Source of the DNA: an uncultured beta proteobacterium
GTDB taxonomy: Bacteria > Pseudomonadota > Gammaproteobacteria > Burkholderiales > SHXO01
Direction: 5' to 3'
Length of the DNA stretch: 64,000 nt
Assembly: GCA_963705615.1 (NCBI GenBank)
Contig: CAVPKE010000005.1
Span: 44,839 to 108,838, forward strand
Shown here piece after piece: positions 9,409 through 19,763 of this stretch; position 1 is the stretch's first letter, and each line of letters begins with the position of its first letter. A program made the position numbers and the translations under genes. Under the pieces are notes generated by a model. The model was not told where the DNA came from and did no database searches. It saw only the letters and a program-made list of their open reading frames with translations.

Positions 9409-9910
9409 ATGAGCGACAAGGTTCAGGAATACCGGGGCGAGCGCATTGTCGTCCGCTTCGACGGGCACAGGTGCATTCACTCCCGCAACTGCGTGCTGGG
9501 GCGGCCGAATGTATTCGTGCCGAACGCGCAGGGCGGCTGGATTTGCCCTGACAACGCGGCCCCCGAAGCGGTGGCCGAGATCGCCCACAACTGTCCTTCC
9601 GGGGCGATCACCTACGAGCGCCTCGATTCAGGTCCGCAGGAGGTGGCGCCGATTGTGAACGTAGTTCGCATTCGAGAGAACGGCCCGCTCGCTTTCCACG
9701 CCGACCTTCAGATCGCGGGGCAGGGGAGTACCTACCGGGCGACCTTGTGCCGCTGCGGGGCGTCCAAGCACAAGCCGTTATGCGACGGCAGCCGGTCGCA
9801 CGATCCTGCGCACCCGAACCACGGCGCTGTGCCGTTGTGGTGGCTCGGCCAATAAGCCTTACTGTGACGGCACCCATACCAAGATCGGCTTCGTAGCCGA
9901 GGCCACATGA
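9409..9910 (+). pseudogene. Divergent ferredoxin (Fer4_19-like) + double CDGSH Fe-S protein, apparently internally deleted and frameshifted
   Basis: RCIHSRNC...CPSGAI, then LCRCGASKHKPLCDGS; a second motif ALCRCGGSANKPYCDGTH lies in another frame ending at TGA 9910. Confidence 0.7.
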
Positions 9911-9959
9911 CGTCGGTCGCGTGGCCGCGCGGCACTGCGAGCAAGGACCCATTCGGGAT

Positions 9960-10712
9960 ATGACGGAAACGTACACACTCGGATATTCGGAGGCCGCGCT
10001 GGGCTTCGTCTCGCGCCGTTCGCTGGAGTCTCACGGCGCGTTCTTCATCCCTTATCTTCGTCCGGGTATGACGGTGCTGGATTGCGGGTGCGGGCCGGGC
10101 AGTATCACGCTGGGCATCGCCGCCAGAGTCGGCCACGGCACCGTGGTCGGCGTGGACATGGACGAATCGCAGGTCAGGCTCGCTGTGGCCAACGCGGCCG
10201 CGCGCGCTGTCACCAACGTTAGCTTTCGAACCGGCAGCGCCTATGCGCTGCCATTTGCGGACGGCACCTTCGACGCGGTCTTCTCCCATGCGCTTCTCGA
10301 ACATCTGAGCCATCCCGGCGCAGCCCTGCAGGAATTTCTGCGCGTGCTGCGACCCGGGGGCGTCACTGGCGTGTGTGCGCCCGACTGGGGAGGATTCCTC
10401 TGCTCGCCGCCGACCGAAGAGATCTACGCGGCGCTGCGCGCGCACAACGAGATCCAGAACCGAAACGGAGGCGACACCCTCGTCGGGCGCAAGCTGCTGG
10501 GACTGATGTTGGAGGCCGGCGGCACCGACGTGAACGCGCAGGCGCGCTATCAGAACTACGACGACCTGTCCGACATCGCGGGGGCCATTGCCGTGCAGCT
10601 CGAGCACGGCGGGCAGCACGCACACGCGGACGCCATCCGCGCGTGGGCGAAGCGTCCGGTCGGGATGTTCTCGCAGGCCTGGGTATCCTGCGTCGGGCGC
10701 AAGCCGACCTGA
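9960..10712 (+). CDS. Class I SAM-dependent methyltransferase (UbiE-like)
   Basis: VLDCGCGPGSIT, LPFADGTFDAV, RVLRPGG. Confidence 0.88.
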   Translation: MTETYTLGYSEAALGFVSRRSLESHGAFFIPYLRPGMTVLDCGCGPGSITLGIAARVGHGTVVGVDMDESQVRLAVANAAARAVTNVSFRTGSAYALPFADGTFDAVFSHALLEHLSHPGAALQEFLRVLRPGGVTGVCAPDWGGFLCSPPTEEIYAALRAHNEIQNRNGGDTLVGRKLLGLMLEAGGTDVNAQARYQNYDDLSDIAGAIAVQLEHGGQHAHADAIRAWAKRPVGMFSQAWVSCVGRKPT

Positions 10713-10737
10713 ACTTACCGTCCTGGCCGGCCGCCCG

Positions 10738-11355
10738 TCAGTCGACGCTGACCCAGGTCTCCGAGAACGCGAGGAATGCCGTGCTGCTGTCCTTCTTGCC
10801 CGCGAACTCACGCGGGAACGGCCGCCCCGCAACGGCCTTGCCGTTGAGCGTTGCGCGCGCGCTGGGGGATTCGACGAACAGCGAAAACATCTCGTGCTTG
10901 CCGGTTGCCGACTTCTCCTTGGGCAGCTCGACGATGAAAGGCGCACCCAGTGCGTCCCATGTAAGGCTGACTTGTCCAAGCGTGCTGCGGAACCATTCCG
11001 TGTGCGTGGTGCGGCCGTCGCCGGCCGCCACGAAATCCCAGCCCGGATGCATGCGGCAGCTGGACAGCCCGGCCGCCCCCTTGAACGCGCCGAAGTAGGC
11101 GACGAAGCCGTCGCGCAGATAAGCCGCCAGCGGCTCGTTGTCGGTCAAGCAGACGTTGGGCCGCGCCGGGTCCTTGCCCGCCCCTTGCGGATCGAGCAGC
11201 AGAAACGCTGCGTGTCCCTTCCCGTGTGGCGAGAGCGCGACGCGGAAGAAGCTGATCAGCGTGACGAACGGGCCGTCCGCGGTTTGCTTCAGGTACATGC
11301 CGGGGTTCTCCCCGGACCAGTCGACTTTGCCGGGGTTGATCGCTGGACGTGTCAT
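10738..11355 (-). CDS. Hypothetical protein
   Basis: 205-aa ORF with AAGGAGA RBS and host-like codon usage; no motif recognised. Confidence 0.7.
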   Translation of the reverse strand: MTRPAINPGKVDWSGENPGMYLKQTADGPFVTLISFFRVALSPHGKGHAAFLLLDPQGAGKDPARPNVCLTDNEPLAAYLRDGFVAYFGAFKGAAGLSSCRMHPGWDFVAAGDGRTTHTEWFRSTLGQVSLTWDALGAPFIVELPKEKSATGKHEMFSLFVESPSARATLNGKAVAGRPFPREFAGKKDSSTAFLAFSETWVSVD

Positions 11356-11472
11356 GCGTCGGTCTCCTTCGAGGTTTGTGTATGAGCTGGCGGATCCCGC
11401 AGCGAAACGCGATGCAGACGTCTCACCGCGCCTGCCGTGCTGGACCCGCGCTTTGCGGGGAGTGTGTGCCGG

Positions 11473-12360
11473 TCAGGCGGCTTCGACCAGGCGGCGGCCG
11501 GAGAGGCGCTCCAGGATACGCAACGGCGAGCGCTCGGCGTGAAGCATCGCCGAGACTGGCAGCATGAACGTCTGCTCCAGCAGGTACTGGCCGCCCAGCG
11601 CGGCGTGCAGGACCTGGTCGGTGAAGCAGACCCACGTGGAGTCCGTGGGGAAATCGAACCGTTCGCGCCAGGCATCCCGCTGGTATTCCTCATCCAGCTT
11701 GCCACGATCGTGCAGGCCCAGCATCAGATGGTCGTAGGCGGTGCGCTGCGACTTGGTGATCCCGAGCGCACGCAAGGCTGAGGCTTCCAATGGCAGCTGC
11801 CTGCGCACGCGCGGTACGAAGTGCCGGGCGTAGCCTTCGAAGGCTTCGCCCAGCAGCCATGTGCGGGGCTGCCCCTCCGGATTGACGTTGCAGAACACCC
11901 GCAAGATTCTGCGCCCCTGGTTGGGACGCGAGGCGAAGGCGTCCACGTGCAGCCGCGCGTCGTCCTTGCGGCGGGAGGTCTCTCGTCCCACGACGGCCAC
12001 CGGCCGGTAGCTCGCCAGCCGGGTCTCGAGCCTCTCCGCGTAGCGCGGCAGAAGTCGTTCCAGAAAGCCGCGCGACTGGGTAGAAAAGCGCAGCACCATC
12101 TGTCGCAAGCGCTCCAGCTCCCCACCCTCCAGCGCGCTTCCGGACACCTTGCCGCTGGACGGGTCTAACGAGACGTTCTTGGAGTGGCCATCGGAGGCAG
12201 TCGGCGCGAGCAGGCCCTGCTCCGCCTCCGTGAGCGCAAAGCGCAGCCCTTCGAACAGCAGCACCTGGCCGTTCTCGAGCCGGTCGAGCAGGTCGTCCTG
12301 CTCTTGTGGAGCGAACGCCTGATCCCAACGGCTCACGTGTTTGAACCGATCAACGCCCAC
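11473..12360 (-). CDS. kdoO: Kdo hydroxylase family protein (KdoO-like Fe(II)/2OG dioxygenase)
   Basis: LHVDAFASRP..GRRILRVFCNVNP, RTAYDHLML.LHD, WVCFTDQVLHAA..GQYLLEQTF; GTG start at 12360 after GAGG. Confidence 0.82.
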   Translation of the reverse strand: MGVDRFKHVSRWDQAFAPQEQDDLLDRLENGQVLLFEGLRFALTEAEQGLLAPTASDGHSKNVSLDPSSGKVSGSALEGGELERLRQMVLRFSTQSRGFLERLLPRYAERLETRLASYRPVAVVGRETSRRKDDARLHVDAFASRPNQGRRILRVFCNVNPEGQPRTWLLGEAFEGYARHFVPRVRRQLPLEASALRALGITKSQRTAYDHLMLGLHDRGKLDEEYQRDAWRERFDFPTDSTWVCFTDQVLHAALGGQYLLEQTFMLPVSAMLHAERSPLRILERLSGRRLVEAA

Positions 12361-12520
12361 GTTTTCCTCTCGTTCGCGAGTGCTGGCGCATTTCCTTGGG
12401 GCGCAGGCCAACTGCGCCTATTCTATCGTTAACAGCGGAAGCTCTGGCCGGCGGCGCGGCGCGTGCGTCTCGTATAACCCATGCGGAGCTTGTCGAGTCT
12501 CAAGGCGACGCCCGCACCCT

Positions 12521-14491
12521 TCAGTCATTGATCGACAGTATGGCTACCGCATAAGCCTTGAGCCTGAGCTTGGACGGGTCTTTGACCAAGCTGAACCCGG
12601 TCTGGAATCCCTTCGGATCTGTGGTCGCCTTGACGAAGCTCTGCTCGTCCAGCGTGGTGCCGTACACCGCCCCTTTGGCGCCGTGAACTGCGACTGTCTG
12701 GTCTTGGGCGGTCAGGTTGGCGATCCACAAGGTAGTTCCAGTCTTGGCCCGATAGGCCAGGCACTGCACCTTGGCAGCGTCGGTTGACTCGGCGTAGACG
12801 AGCCTGCGGCCCGCGCCGCGCGACAGCCCGCTGACGATGTGGTAGGCCGGATAGACGGCCGGACCCGAGAGCTGGTCATAGTAGGGCTGCGGGTAGTCGG
12901 TCTTGCGGTAGATGATCCCCAGCGGGCCGGTCGGCGCGCCGACGGCGATGGACTCGATGTCCGTGCGCGCGAACGTGGCGATGTAGCCTAGGGTCCAGGC
13001 GGCGCCAAACAGACCGCGCTGGCGCGGGTCCATTCTCGCCAGACATACGCGCTCGTTATCCGGGTTGGGCGTAAACGTCTTCCCGTGTGGATTGTCGCGA
13101 CAGCCGATGCCGCTCGGACCAACGCGGTAAGCCGTGCTTCCCATGAACGAGCGCGTTGTGGCCACTTGGTAGGGTAGCGCCTCGAGCGTCTCCATCACCG
13201 AGCGATCGTCTGCCGCGTGCACGATCGGGCAGGTGGTGTTCATCACGAAGTCGAGACCATCGGCGGGCGGGTGCTTGCGATTGAGCTCGGTGAAGAACGA
13301 GAACATGCCTCCGCCCAGGCGCACGCCAGGGAATGCGGCACGGGCCCTGGCGTACAAAGCCTCCAATCCCGGCGCCGGCGGGCGTGGGCCGCCCGGGAGC
13401 ACGGATTTGAGGTCGCCTACTGGGCATACTGCGATGGCAGCGAGCGGCAAGCCCGACTGCGTGACCATGCCGGCGAGGCGCATCAGCTCGGCCGCATAGT
13501 CGTTGAGACTCTCGACCACGATTTCCAGGATGCATTGCGCCCCGGTCTGCTCGCACAACACGCGATAGCCGTACAACTCCTTCAGCCCGTGCCTCGCGCG
13601 CGGGTCGAACTGGCACTGCAGGAAGCGGGGCGAGGCGAGCTTTAGCAGGTCGAGCTGCATCACCGCGTGCTCGATCTCCTCGGCCGGCATGCCGAGGCCC
13701 ACGGGCGGCATGCTCGCGCGCGTGGCAGCGCCAAGCTCGATCGCCACGCCCTTGGCGGCGCCTACAGCGGGCTTGGAGGGTTTACCGCTCAGCGACACCT
13801 TGACTGCCTGCTTAACGGTCTCGCCCGCCTTCAGGGTGTAGGGCCAGGGCAGCGCGAGCGGCCGCACATAGGTCTTGAACGAGGCGTCGGTCCAGTTGCG
13901 GTGGTCCTCCATCTCCCAGGTATCGCCTTCGAAGCGGACCGTCGCCTTCGCGCCGGGCATGACCGCGTGGGCGAGCGCGCGGATGTGCAAGAACGGCTGG
14001 ACCGGGTCCACTAGCGCCGGGAACTTCGACTTAGCAAGGGAGCCGTCGACGTGCTCGACTTCGACCTCTTTGCCCACTACGCCTTTGAGCGGGTGCAGCA
14101 CCACAAACCCCGTGCGCGCAGTGAGAAAATCGGTCTTGGGTGTCGCGCTCCCGGTGAACTCCAAGGTTCCATCGGCGCGGCCCTCGATGCGCGCGTCGTA
14201 CGCGATCTCCCGACTCCCCCTGCTGCACACGGCCCGATACGAAACAGAAAAACCGTCGGCGCGTTGCTCGACCTTGAGACCGCTGAGGCTGGGCACGTAG
14301 GTGCCCCAGTTCTCGTCGCGCACCAGAAAGGCGATTGCGCGCAGCACCTCGATGCCGTCGAGCTTGACATAGCGCAGCTGCCCGTTGTCGAGCTCTACTG
14401 ACAATGGCCCGGCCGTCAGCGTCCGCCCTACCACGTCGGGCTGCTCGGTGCCGCACTGGATAATCGCGCGAGAGGGCTTGGGTGTTGTCAT
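12521..14491 (-). CDS. D-apionate lactonase-like protein (ApnL family)
   Basis: LTAGPLSVEL..G.LRYV...EVLRAI.FLVRDENWGT, GFVVLHP, EMEDHRNWTDASFKTY.RPLALP, FTELNR, VHAADD.SV.ETLEAL, DPRQRGLF.AAWT. Confidence 0.75.
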   Translation of the reverse strand: MTTPKPSRAIIQCGTEQPDVVGRTLTAGPLSVELDNGQLRYVKLDGIEVLRAIAFLVRDENWGTYVPSLSGLKVEQRADGFSVSYRAVCSRGSREIAYDARIEGRADGTLEFTGSATPKTDFLTARTGFVVLHPLKGVVGKEVEVEHVDGSLAKSKFPALVDPVQPFLHIRALAHAVMPGAKATVRFEGDTWEMEDHRNWTDASFKTYVRPLALPWPYTLKAGETVKQAVKVSLSGKPSKPAVGAAKGVAIELGAATRASMPPVGLGMPAEEIEHAVMQLDLLKLASPRFLQCQFDPRARHGLKELYGYRVLCEQTGAQCILEIVVESLNDYAAELMRLAGMVTQSGLPLAAIAVCPVGDLKSVLPGGPRPPAPGLEALYARARAAFPGVRLGGGMFSFFTELNRKHPPADGLDFVMNTTCPIVHAADDRSVMETLEALPYQVATTRSFMGSTAYRVGPSGIGCRDNPHGKTFTPNPDNERVCLARMDPRQRGLFGAAWTLGYIATFARTDIESIAVGAPTGPLGIIYRKTDYPQPYYDQLSGPAVYPAYHIVSGLSRGAGRRLVYAESTDAAKVQCLAYRAKTGTTLWIANLTAQDQTVAVHGAKGAVYGTTLDEQSFVKATTDPKGFQTGFSLVKDPSKLRLKAYAVAILSIND

Positions 14492-14528
14492 GGCGTTGCG
14501 TCCTTGCTAGTCACGAGTCACGGTCTCT

Positions 14529-15626
14529 TTACGACACCACCAGTTCCGTAGCTGGGTCGATCAACACCACGCGGTTCATGTCGATGGCGAGCTCGATCGT
14601 TTCTCCCGGTTGCGACACGTCATGGGCTTGCAGCTCTGCGACCATTTCGGCGCCGCCCAGCCGGAACGTTGCATAGGTCCGGGAGCCGGTCGGCTGCACT
14701 AGCTCGATCAGGGCGGTGTGACGCACGAGCCCCTGACGCAGCTCGCCGCTGGCGCGGGTGATGTGCTCCGGGCGCACACCCAGCGTGATTTCCTGCCCGC
14801 GCCGCCCTGCCAACTTGCCTTGCCTGCTCGCCGGCAGCGCGAGCAGGCCGCCATCGGCCAGCTGCACTGCGAGAGCGCCGCCGTCCTGCAACCGCGCCGG
14901 CACGAAGTTCATCGCCGGCGAGCCGAGGAAGCCGGCGACATAGCGGGTCGCGGGGCGTTCGTAGAGGTCCAGGGGCGCGCCGGCCTGTTCGATCTTGCCG
15001 TCGCGCAGCAGCACGATGCGGTCGGCCATGGTCATGGCCTCGATCTGGTCGTGCGTGACATAGATCATGGTCTTGCCCAGCTCCTGATGCAGGCGCTTGA
15101 TCTCCCCGCGCATCTCGTCGCGCAGCTGGGCATCGAGGTTGGACAGCGGCTCGTCGAACAGATACATGCGGGCGTTGCGCACGACGGCGCGGCCGATGGC
15201 CACGCGCTGCAGCTGACCGCCGGAGAGCTGGCGCGGGTAGCGCTCCAGCAGCGGCTCGATCGCCAGCATCTGGGCGGCGCGGCGCACCTTCGGTTCGATC
15301 TCCGCGGCGGGTGTCTTGCGCGCACGCAGCCCGAAGGCGATGTTCTCGAACACCGTCATGTAGGGATAGAGCGCGTAGTTCTGGAACACCATGGCGATGT
15401 CGCGGTCGCGCGGCAGGACGTGGTTCATCAGCTCGCCGCCGATCTCGATGCTGCCCTGGTCGGCGTCCTCCAGTCCGGCGATCGTGCGCAGCAGCGTGCT
15501 CTTGCCGCAGCCCGACTGGCCTACCAGCACGGTGAACTCCCCGGCGGGAATCTCGAGGTCGACGCCCTTCACGGCGTGGACGGAGCCGTAGTACTTGTGC
15601 AGTCCGGTGATCTTGAGATCAGCCAT
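14529..15626 (-). CDS. Sugar ABC transporter ATP-binding protein (MalK/UgpC family)
   Basis: [38 protein letters not shown]; start MADLK at 15626. Confidence 0.93.
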   Translation of the reverse strand: MADLKITGLHKYYGSVHAVKGVDLEIPAGEFTVLVGQSGCGKSTLLRTIAGLEDADQGSIEIGGELMNHVLPRDRDIAMVFQNYALYPYMTVFENIAFGLRARKTPAAEIEPKVRRAAQMLAIEPLLERYPRQLSGGQLQRVAIGRAVVRNARMYLFDEPLSNLDAQLRDEMRGEIKRLHQELGKTMIYVTHDQIEAMTMADRIVLLRDGKIEQAGAPLDLYERPATRYVAGFLGSPAMNFVPARLQDGGALAVQLADGGLLALPASRQGKLAGRRGQEITLGVRPEHITRASGELRQGLVRHTALIELVQPTGSRTYATFRLGGAEMVAELQAHDVSQPGETIELAIDMNRVVLIDPATELVVS

Positions 15627-15628
15627 CG

Positions 15629-16463
15629 CTATCCCTTTACCGCACCCAGCGATATCCCGCGGACCAGATAGCGCTGCATGAACGCGACGACGATGAAGAT
15701 CGGCAGCGTGCCGAGCACCGACATGGCCGAGATCTTGGCCCAGAAATTGGACTGTCCGCCGAAATAGAAGGTGACCTGTACCGTGTACGTCACGACCTCG
15801 GTGCGGGTGAGCACCAAGGCGAACAGGAACTCGTTCCAGGCGAATACGAAGGTGAAGATTGCGGTCGCGAACAGGCCCGCGCGGCACATGGGGAACACGA
15901 CTCTCCAGATCACCTGCCAGCGCGTGCAGCCGTCGACCAGCGCCGACTCTTCCAGCGCAAGCGGGATGTCCAGAATATATCCGCGCATCATCCAGATCAC
16001 GTAGGGAAGATTGAAGGCCGTGTACAGCAGGATGACGCCGACGTAGGTGTCGACCCAGCCGAGCCACACGTACAGCAGAAAGATCGGGAACACCACCGCG
16101 ATGGGCGGGACCATGCGCTGCGAGATGATCCAGTTGGCCAGGTGCTCCCCGCCGGTCTTGAAGCGGGCCAGACTGTAGGCGCAGATCGTGCCCAGGAACA
16201 TCGCGATCAGCGTGCTTCCGCCGGCGACGACCAGGCTATGCCACACCGCTGATGGCATCCCCGTCCTTGAACAGCACGGCATAGTTCCCGAGCTGAAGCT
16301 GACCCGGATACCACTTTGGCGGGTAGGAGAAGATCTCGTCCGGCGTCTTGAACGAGATCATGAACAGCCAATAGATCGGGAACAGGAAGAACAGCGTGAT
16401 CGCCACCGCCGCGCCGAGCCGCAGGCTCAGGCGCATACGGCGACGTCCATGCAGACTGTTCAT
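15629..16463 (-). CDS. Carbohydrate ABC permease (MalG-like), frameshift near 16250
   Basis: [12 protein letters not shown] in the first frame; EESALVDG and AWNEFLFAL in the second frame. Confidence 0.85.
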
Positions 16464-16479
16464 CTCACTAACTCCGATC

Positions 16480-17377
16480 TCATCGCGCCAACGCGACTCG
16501 TTTCAGCGCGGCGAACACCACCACCGACAGCAGCACGATGATCAGCAACGCCACCGCTGCGGTGTAGCTGGTCTCGAACTGCTGGAATCCCTTGACGTAG
16601 GTGAAGATCGAGATGCGTCTCGGTCATCGTGCCTGGGCCGCCTTTGGTGAGCGCCCAGACGATGTCGAACAGCCGGAACAGGTCCAACCCGCGGATCAGG
16701 ATCGCCACCGCCATCACCGGCCAGATCGCCGGCAGGACGATGCGGAAGAAGGTGCGCCACCAGCCGGCTCCGTCGATGGCGGCGGCTTCCAGCTGAGACT
16801 TGTCCACGTTCGCCAGCGCTGCCAGCAGCAGCAGGAACATGAACGGCGTCCATTGCCAAACCTCGGCCGCGAGGATGGCCGGATACACCAGGCTGGGGTT
16901 GATGGTCCACAGCAGCGGGACTTGGCGCCCGGCAAACCAGCCGATGATCTGATTGATCGGGCCGAAACGGTTGTCGAACAGGAGCGACCACGTGGAGCCC
17001 GACACGATGGGCGAGACCACGACCGGAAGGACGAGCAGGGCGATGAAGACCGCCCGCCCGGGCAGCCGATCCACGAACAGCTGCGCCATAGCCAGGCCCA
17101 GCACGAGCTCGAGCGGCAGTGCGATGGCGGTGAAGATCACGGTATGCAGCAGCGCCTCCCACAGGCGCTTGTCGTGGAACAGGTGAGCGTAGTTGCGCAA
17201 CCCGACAAAGCCGGTGTCGGTCTCCGTCATCGTGATGCCCTGGAAGCTCACCACGAGCAGATAGACGAGCGGGAAGATCCCGATGATCAAAAGGACGAAG
17301 ATCGACGGGCCGACCAGGAAGTACTTGAAGTTGCGGTCGGCGAAATCCGCTTGCCGGGGAGCGGAAGCTTGAGCCAC
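16480..17377 (-). CDS. Carbohydrate ABC permease (MalF-like), frameshift near 16615
   Basis: FVGLRNY, WQWTPF, EAAAIDGA, TKGGPG; the alternate frame ends ..ALKRVALAR* at 16480. Confidence 0.85.
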
Positions 17378-17517
17378 GATAGTCGTTCGTTGTTCAGGGG
17401 CCCAAAGAACCGGGAGCGCTCAAGCTATCGCGGCGCTCCCCTCCCAATCCAGTTTCAGTCTGCGCCGCCGCGTAAGGCGACGCCGGTCTCGGTCCCGACT
17501 CAGGTCGGGTTATGCCA

Positions 17518-19038
17518 TCACGCTTTCTTCTTCTTCTTCTTCTTCGCTGGGGCTGCCGCCGCTGGATACGCCCCGGACTTTGCGGCCCAGGCGGTGTACA
17601 CGGCCTTCTGGTTGTCGACGCCCACTTGCTGCGTGATCTCGTCCCACTGCTTGGCCACGTCGTCCAGGATGTTCTTCGGATCGTCGCCGGCCCATAGACG
17701 GCCGATGCCCTGGCGCAGCGCTTCCTCGTACTTGTCGGTCTGGATCAGCGACAGGTCGAGCAGGCCGGTCTTGCGACGCGTCCTGGAGCGCCGCCAGGTA
17801 GATACTTCGCGTCCGGCCATTTGGCGAGGTAGTCCTTGTTCACGTAGTGCGAATCGCGGAACGGATCGCGCAGCGCGTAGGGCAGCTGGACGCGCAGGGT
17901 TGGAGATGTCCTCGCTGTTCAGCCACTGGATGAACAGGTAGGCCTGCTCCTTCTGCTTGCTGGTGGAGGCCACCGAAAGCGCGAAGCCGGCGGCCAGCTC
18001 GGGGTGTCCGCCCGGCGGCAGCGCGTAGCCGACCTTACCTGCGATCGTGGACTTCGGCACCCAGTCCAGCTTCTTCTCGTTGGCCAGGTACCCGGCCGCG
18101 AACCGGCCGTAGGGCGGCCAGGAGATGGTCATCGCGCTCTCGCCCTTGAGGAACACCGCGAGGTTCTCGCACGAAGCCGAATTTCTCCACGCCCGGCGGC
18201 ATGAACTTGTTCTCGTTGCGCATCTCGGTGAACACCCGCACGCCGACCGGGCTGTTGACCGTCGCCTTCATCGTGGCGGGGTCGAAGAACCGGCCGCCTT
18301 CGTTGCGGAAGCGCTCCTCGAACATGAACATGGTGTAGGGCGGCTGCTCGGAAGAACGAGGCGCCGTAGATGCCCTCGCCCTTCAGCTTCTCGGTGAGGA
18401 AGCTGCCGATCTGGTCGAACTGCTTCCAGGTCTTGGGCGGCGCGAGATCGTACCCGTACTTGGCCTTGAACTCCTTCTGCAGGTCGGGGCGGGCGAAGAT
18501 GTCCTTGCGGTAGTACATCAGGAAGACGTCGCCGTCGTCCGGGAAGCCGTAGATCTTGCCCTTGACCGTCATCTGGTTGTCGCGGTAGGTCGGCGCGATC
18601 TTCTGCAGCTCGGCGCGGAAGCCGTACTTGTCGACGTAGGGATCGAGCACCTCGAGGGCCCCCGCCTGGGCGAGGTCGGGCATCCAAGCCGGGATCACGT
18701 TGAGCGCGTCATACGCGCCGGTGCCCGCGCGGTACTCCTGCATGATCTTGGTGAACATCTCGGCGGTGGGCACCTCGATCACCTTCACTTTGCAGCCGGT
18801 GAGCTCCTCCCACTTAGGACCGGAAAAGTTCTTCGGGTCTTCGGACTGCAGCCCCGCTTCCCAGACGATGGTGATCGGTCTTGCCCGCGCAGATCTTCTT
18901 GGCCGCGTCCACCGCCCTCTGGGCAGCGCTCTGCGCCGCTGCGCCGCCGCTCCAGACTAGCGTTGCAACCGCGAGGAGCGCCAGGAAAGAGCCTTTGTTC
19001 AGGCTCGGGCGCCGAAGGAAGGGAAGGAAATTCCCCAT
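17518..19038 (-). CDS. Sugar ABC transporter substrate-binding protein, several frameshifts
   Basis: Signal peptide (..GAAAQS), YGFPDDGD, MYYRKD, PPKTW, spread over ORFs 18814-19266, 18129-18788, 18035-18331 and 17518-18156. Confidence 0.8.
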
Positions 19039-19125
19039 GATGGCTCCTCCTTTGTGAGTTTTTCGTTGTCGATTTGGCGCCCGGGCCAAACCACCTCGGG
19101 AATGGGCGCTCCGAACAGCCGGTCG

Positions 19126-19155
19126 ATTATGTTGAACAGCCGATAAGAGTGTCAA
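19126..19155 (-). promoter_or_regulatory. Putative sigma70 promoter of the ABC/lactonase operon
   Basis: Minus strand TTGACA (19155-19150), 18 bp spacer, CATAAT (19131-19126). Confidence 0.5.
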
Positions 19156-19295
19156 GCGAGTATCGACGCTTAGGTTGTCGCCGCCGCCCCTCGCCGCTAT
19201 GCAGCATGCGCACGAGCGGCGCGGCGTCGGGCGGCACGCCTCGGGTAAAATGCGCGTTCTCCGCAATCGGCCCAGCCGCCGGGGAAGCTCCCATC

Positions 19296-19423
19296 ATGCT
19301 CGACAACAGCCTGTTCCAGTTCATCCTGTTCGGCGTGCTCGGGCTGTTCGGGATCGGTCTGGCGTATTTCGTCTTCATCGGCGTGCGGGCCATCTACCGC
19401 GAGGCTCGGCGGACTGCAAGTGA
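19296..19423 (+). CDS. Small single-TM hypothetical protein, 3' end uncertain
   Basis: MLDNSLFQFILFGVLGLFGIGLAYFVFIG; probable GTGA overlap with the next gene if one indel is present. Confidence 0.4.
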
Positions 19424-19713
19424 AGCCGGCCACCCGCGCCGCTGCGGCAGCCGTGCGCGCGCTGGTTCGGATGACGGTCTGGGCGTCGTTCTTCGGCGCG
19501 TACTATCTGTTCGTCTACGTCCTCGGGCGGCGACTGGGCTGGCAGGCAGCGGTGCCGTCGGCGGTGGGCCTGGTTGCGATGATCTGGGCGCTGCTCCAGG
19601 CTGACCGCGTGCTCACCGTGCGCCCGGACGCCGTTCGCCAACAGCTCGGCATTGGGGTCACGATCGCCGTCGTGCTCGCAGTGTTCGTCTCTGTCATCTG
19701 GCTCGCTGCGTAG
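19420..19713 (+). CDS. Small 3-TM hypothetical membrane protein
   Basis: Three hydrophobic segments in 97 aa. Confidence 0.55.
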   Translation: MKPATRAAAAAVRALVRMTVWASFFGAYYLFVYVLGRRLGWQAAVPSAVGLVAMIWALLQADRVLTVRPDAVRQQLGIGVTIAVVLAVFVSVIWLAA

Positions 19714-19763
19714 GCCGAGGGGTCAGCGCAGCGATGGTCGACGCGTTTTCCTGAGGACTAGCC

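Noticed and set aside
17412-17440. Hairpin GGGAGCGC...GCGCTCCC as an ncRNA or riboswitch
   Set aside because: A short intercistronic stem after an SBP gene is ordinary for ABC operons; no conserved RNA motif recognised
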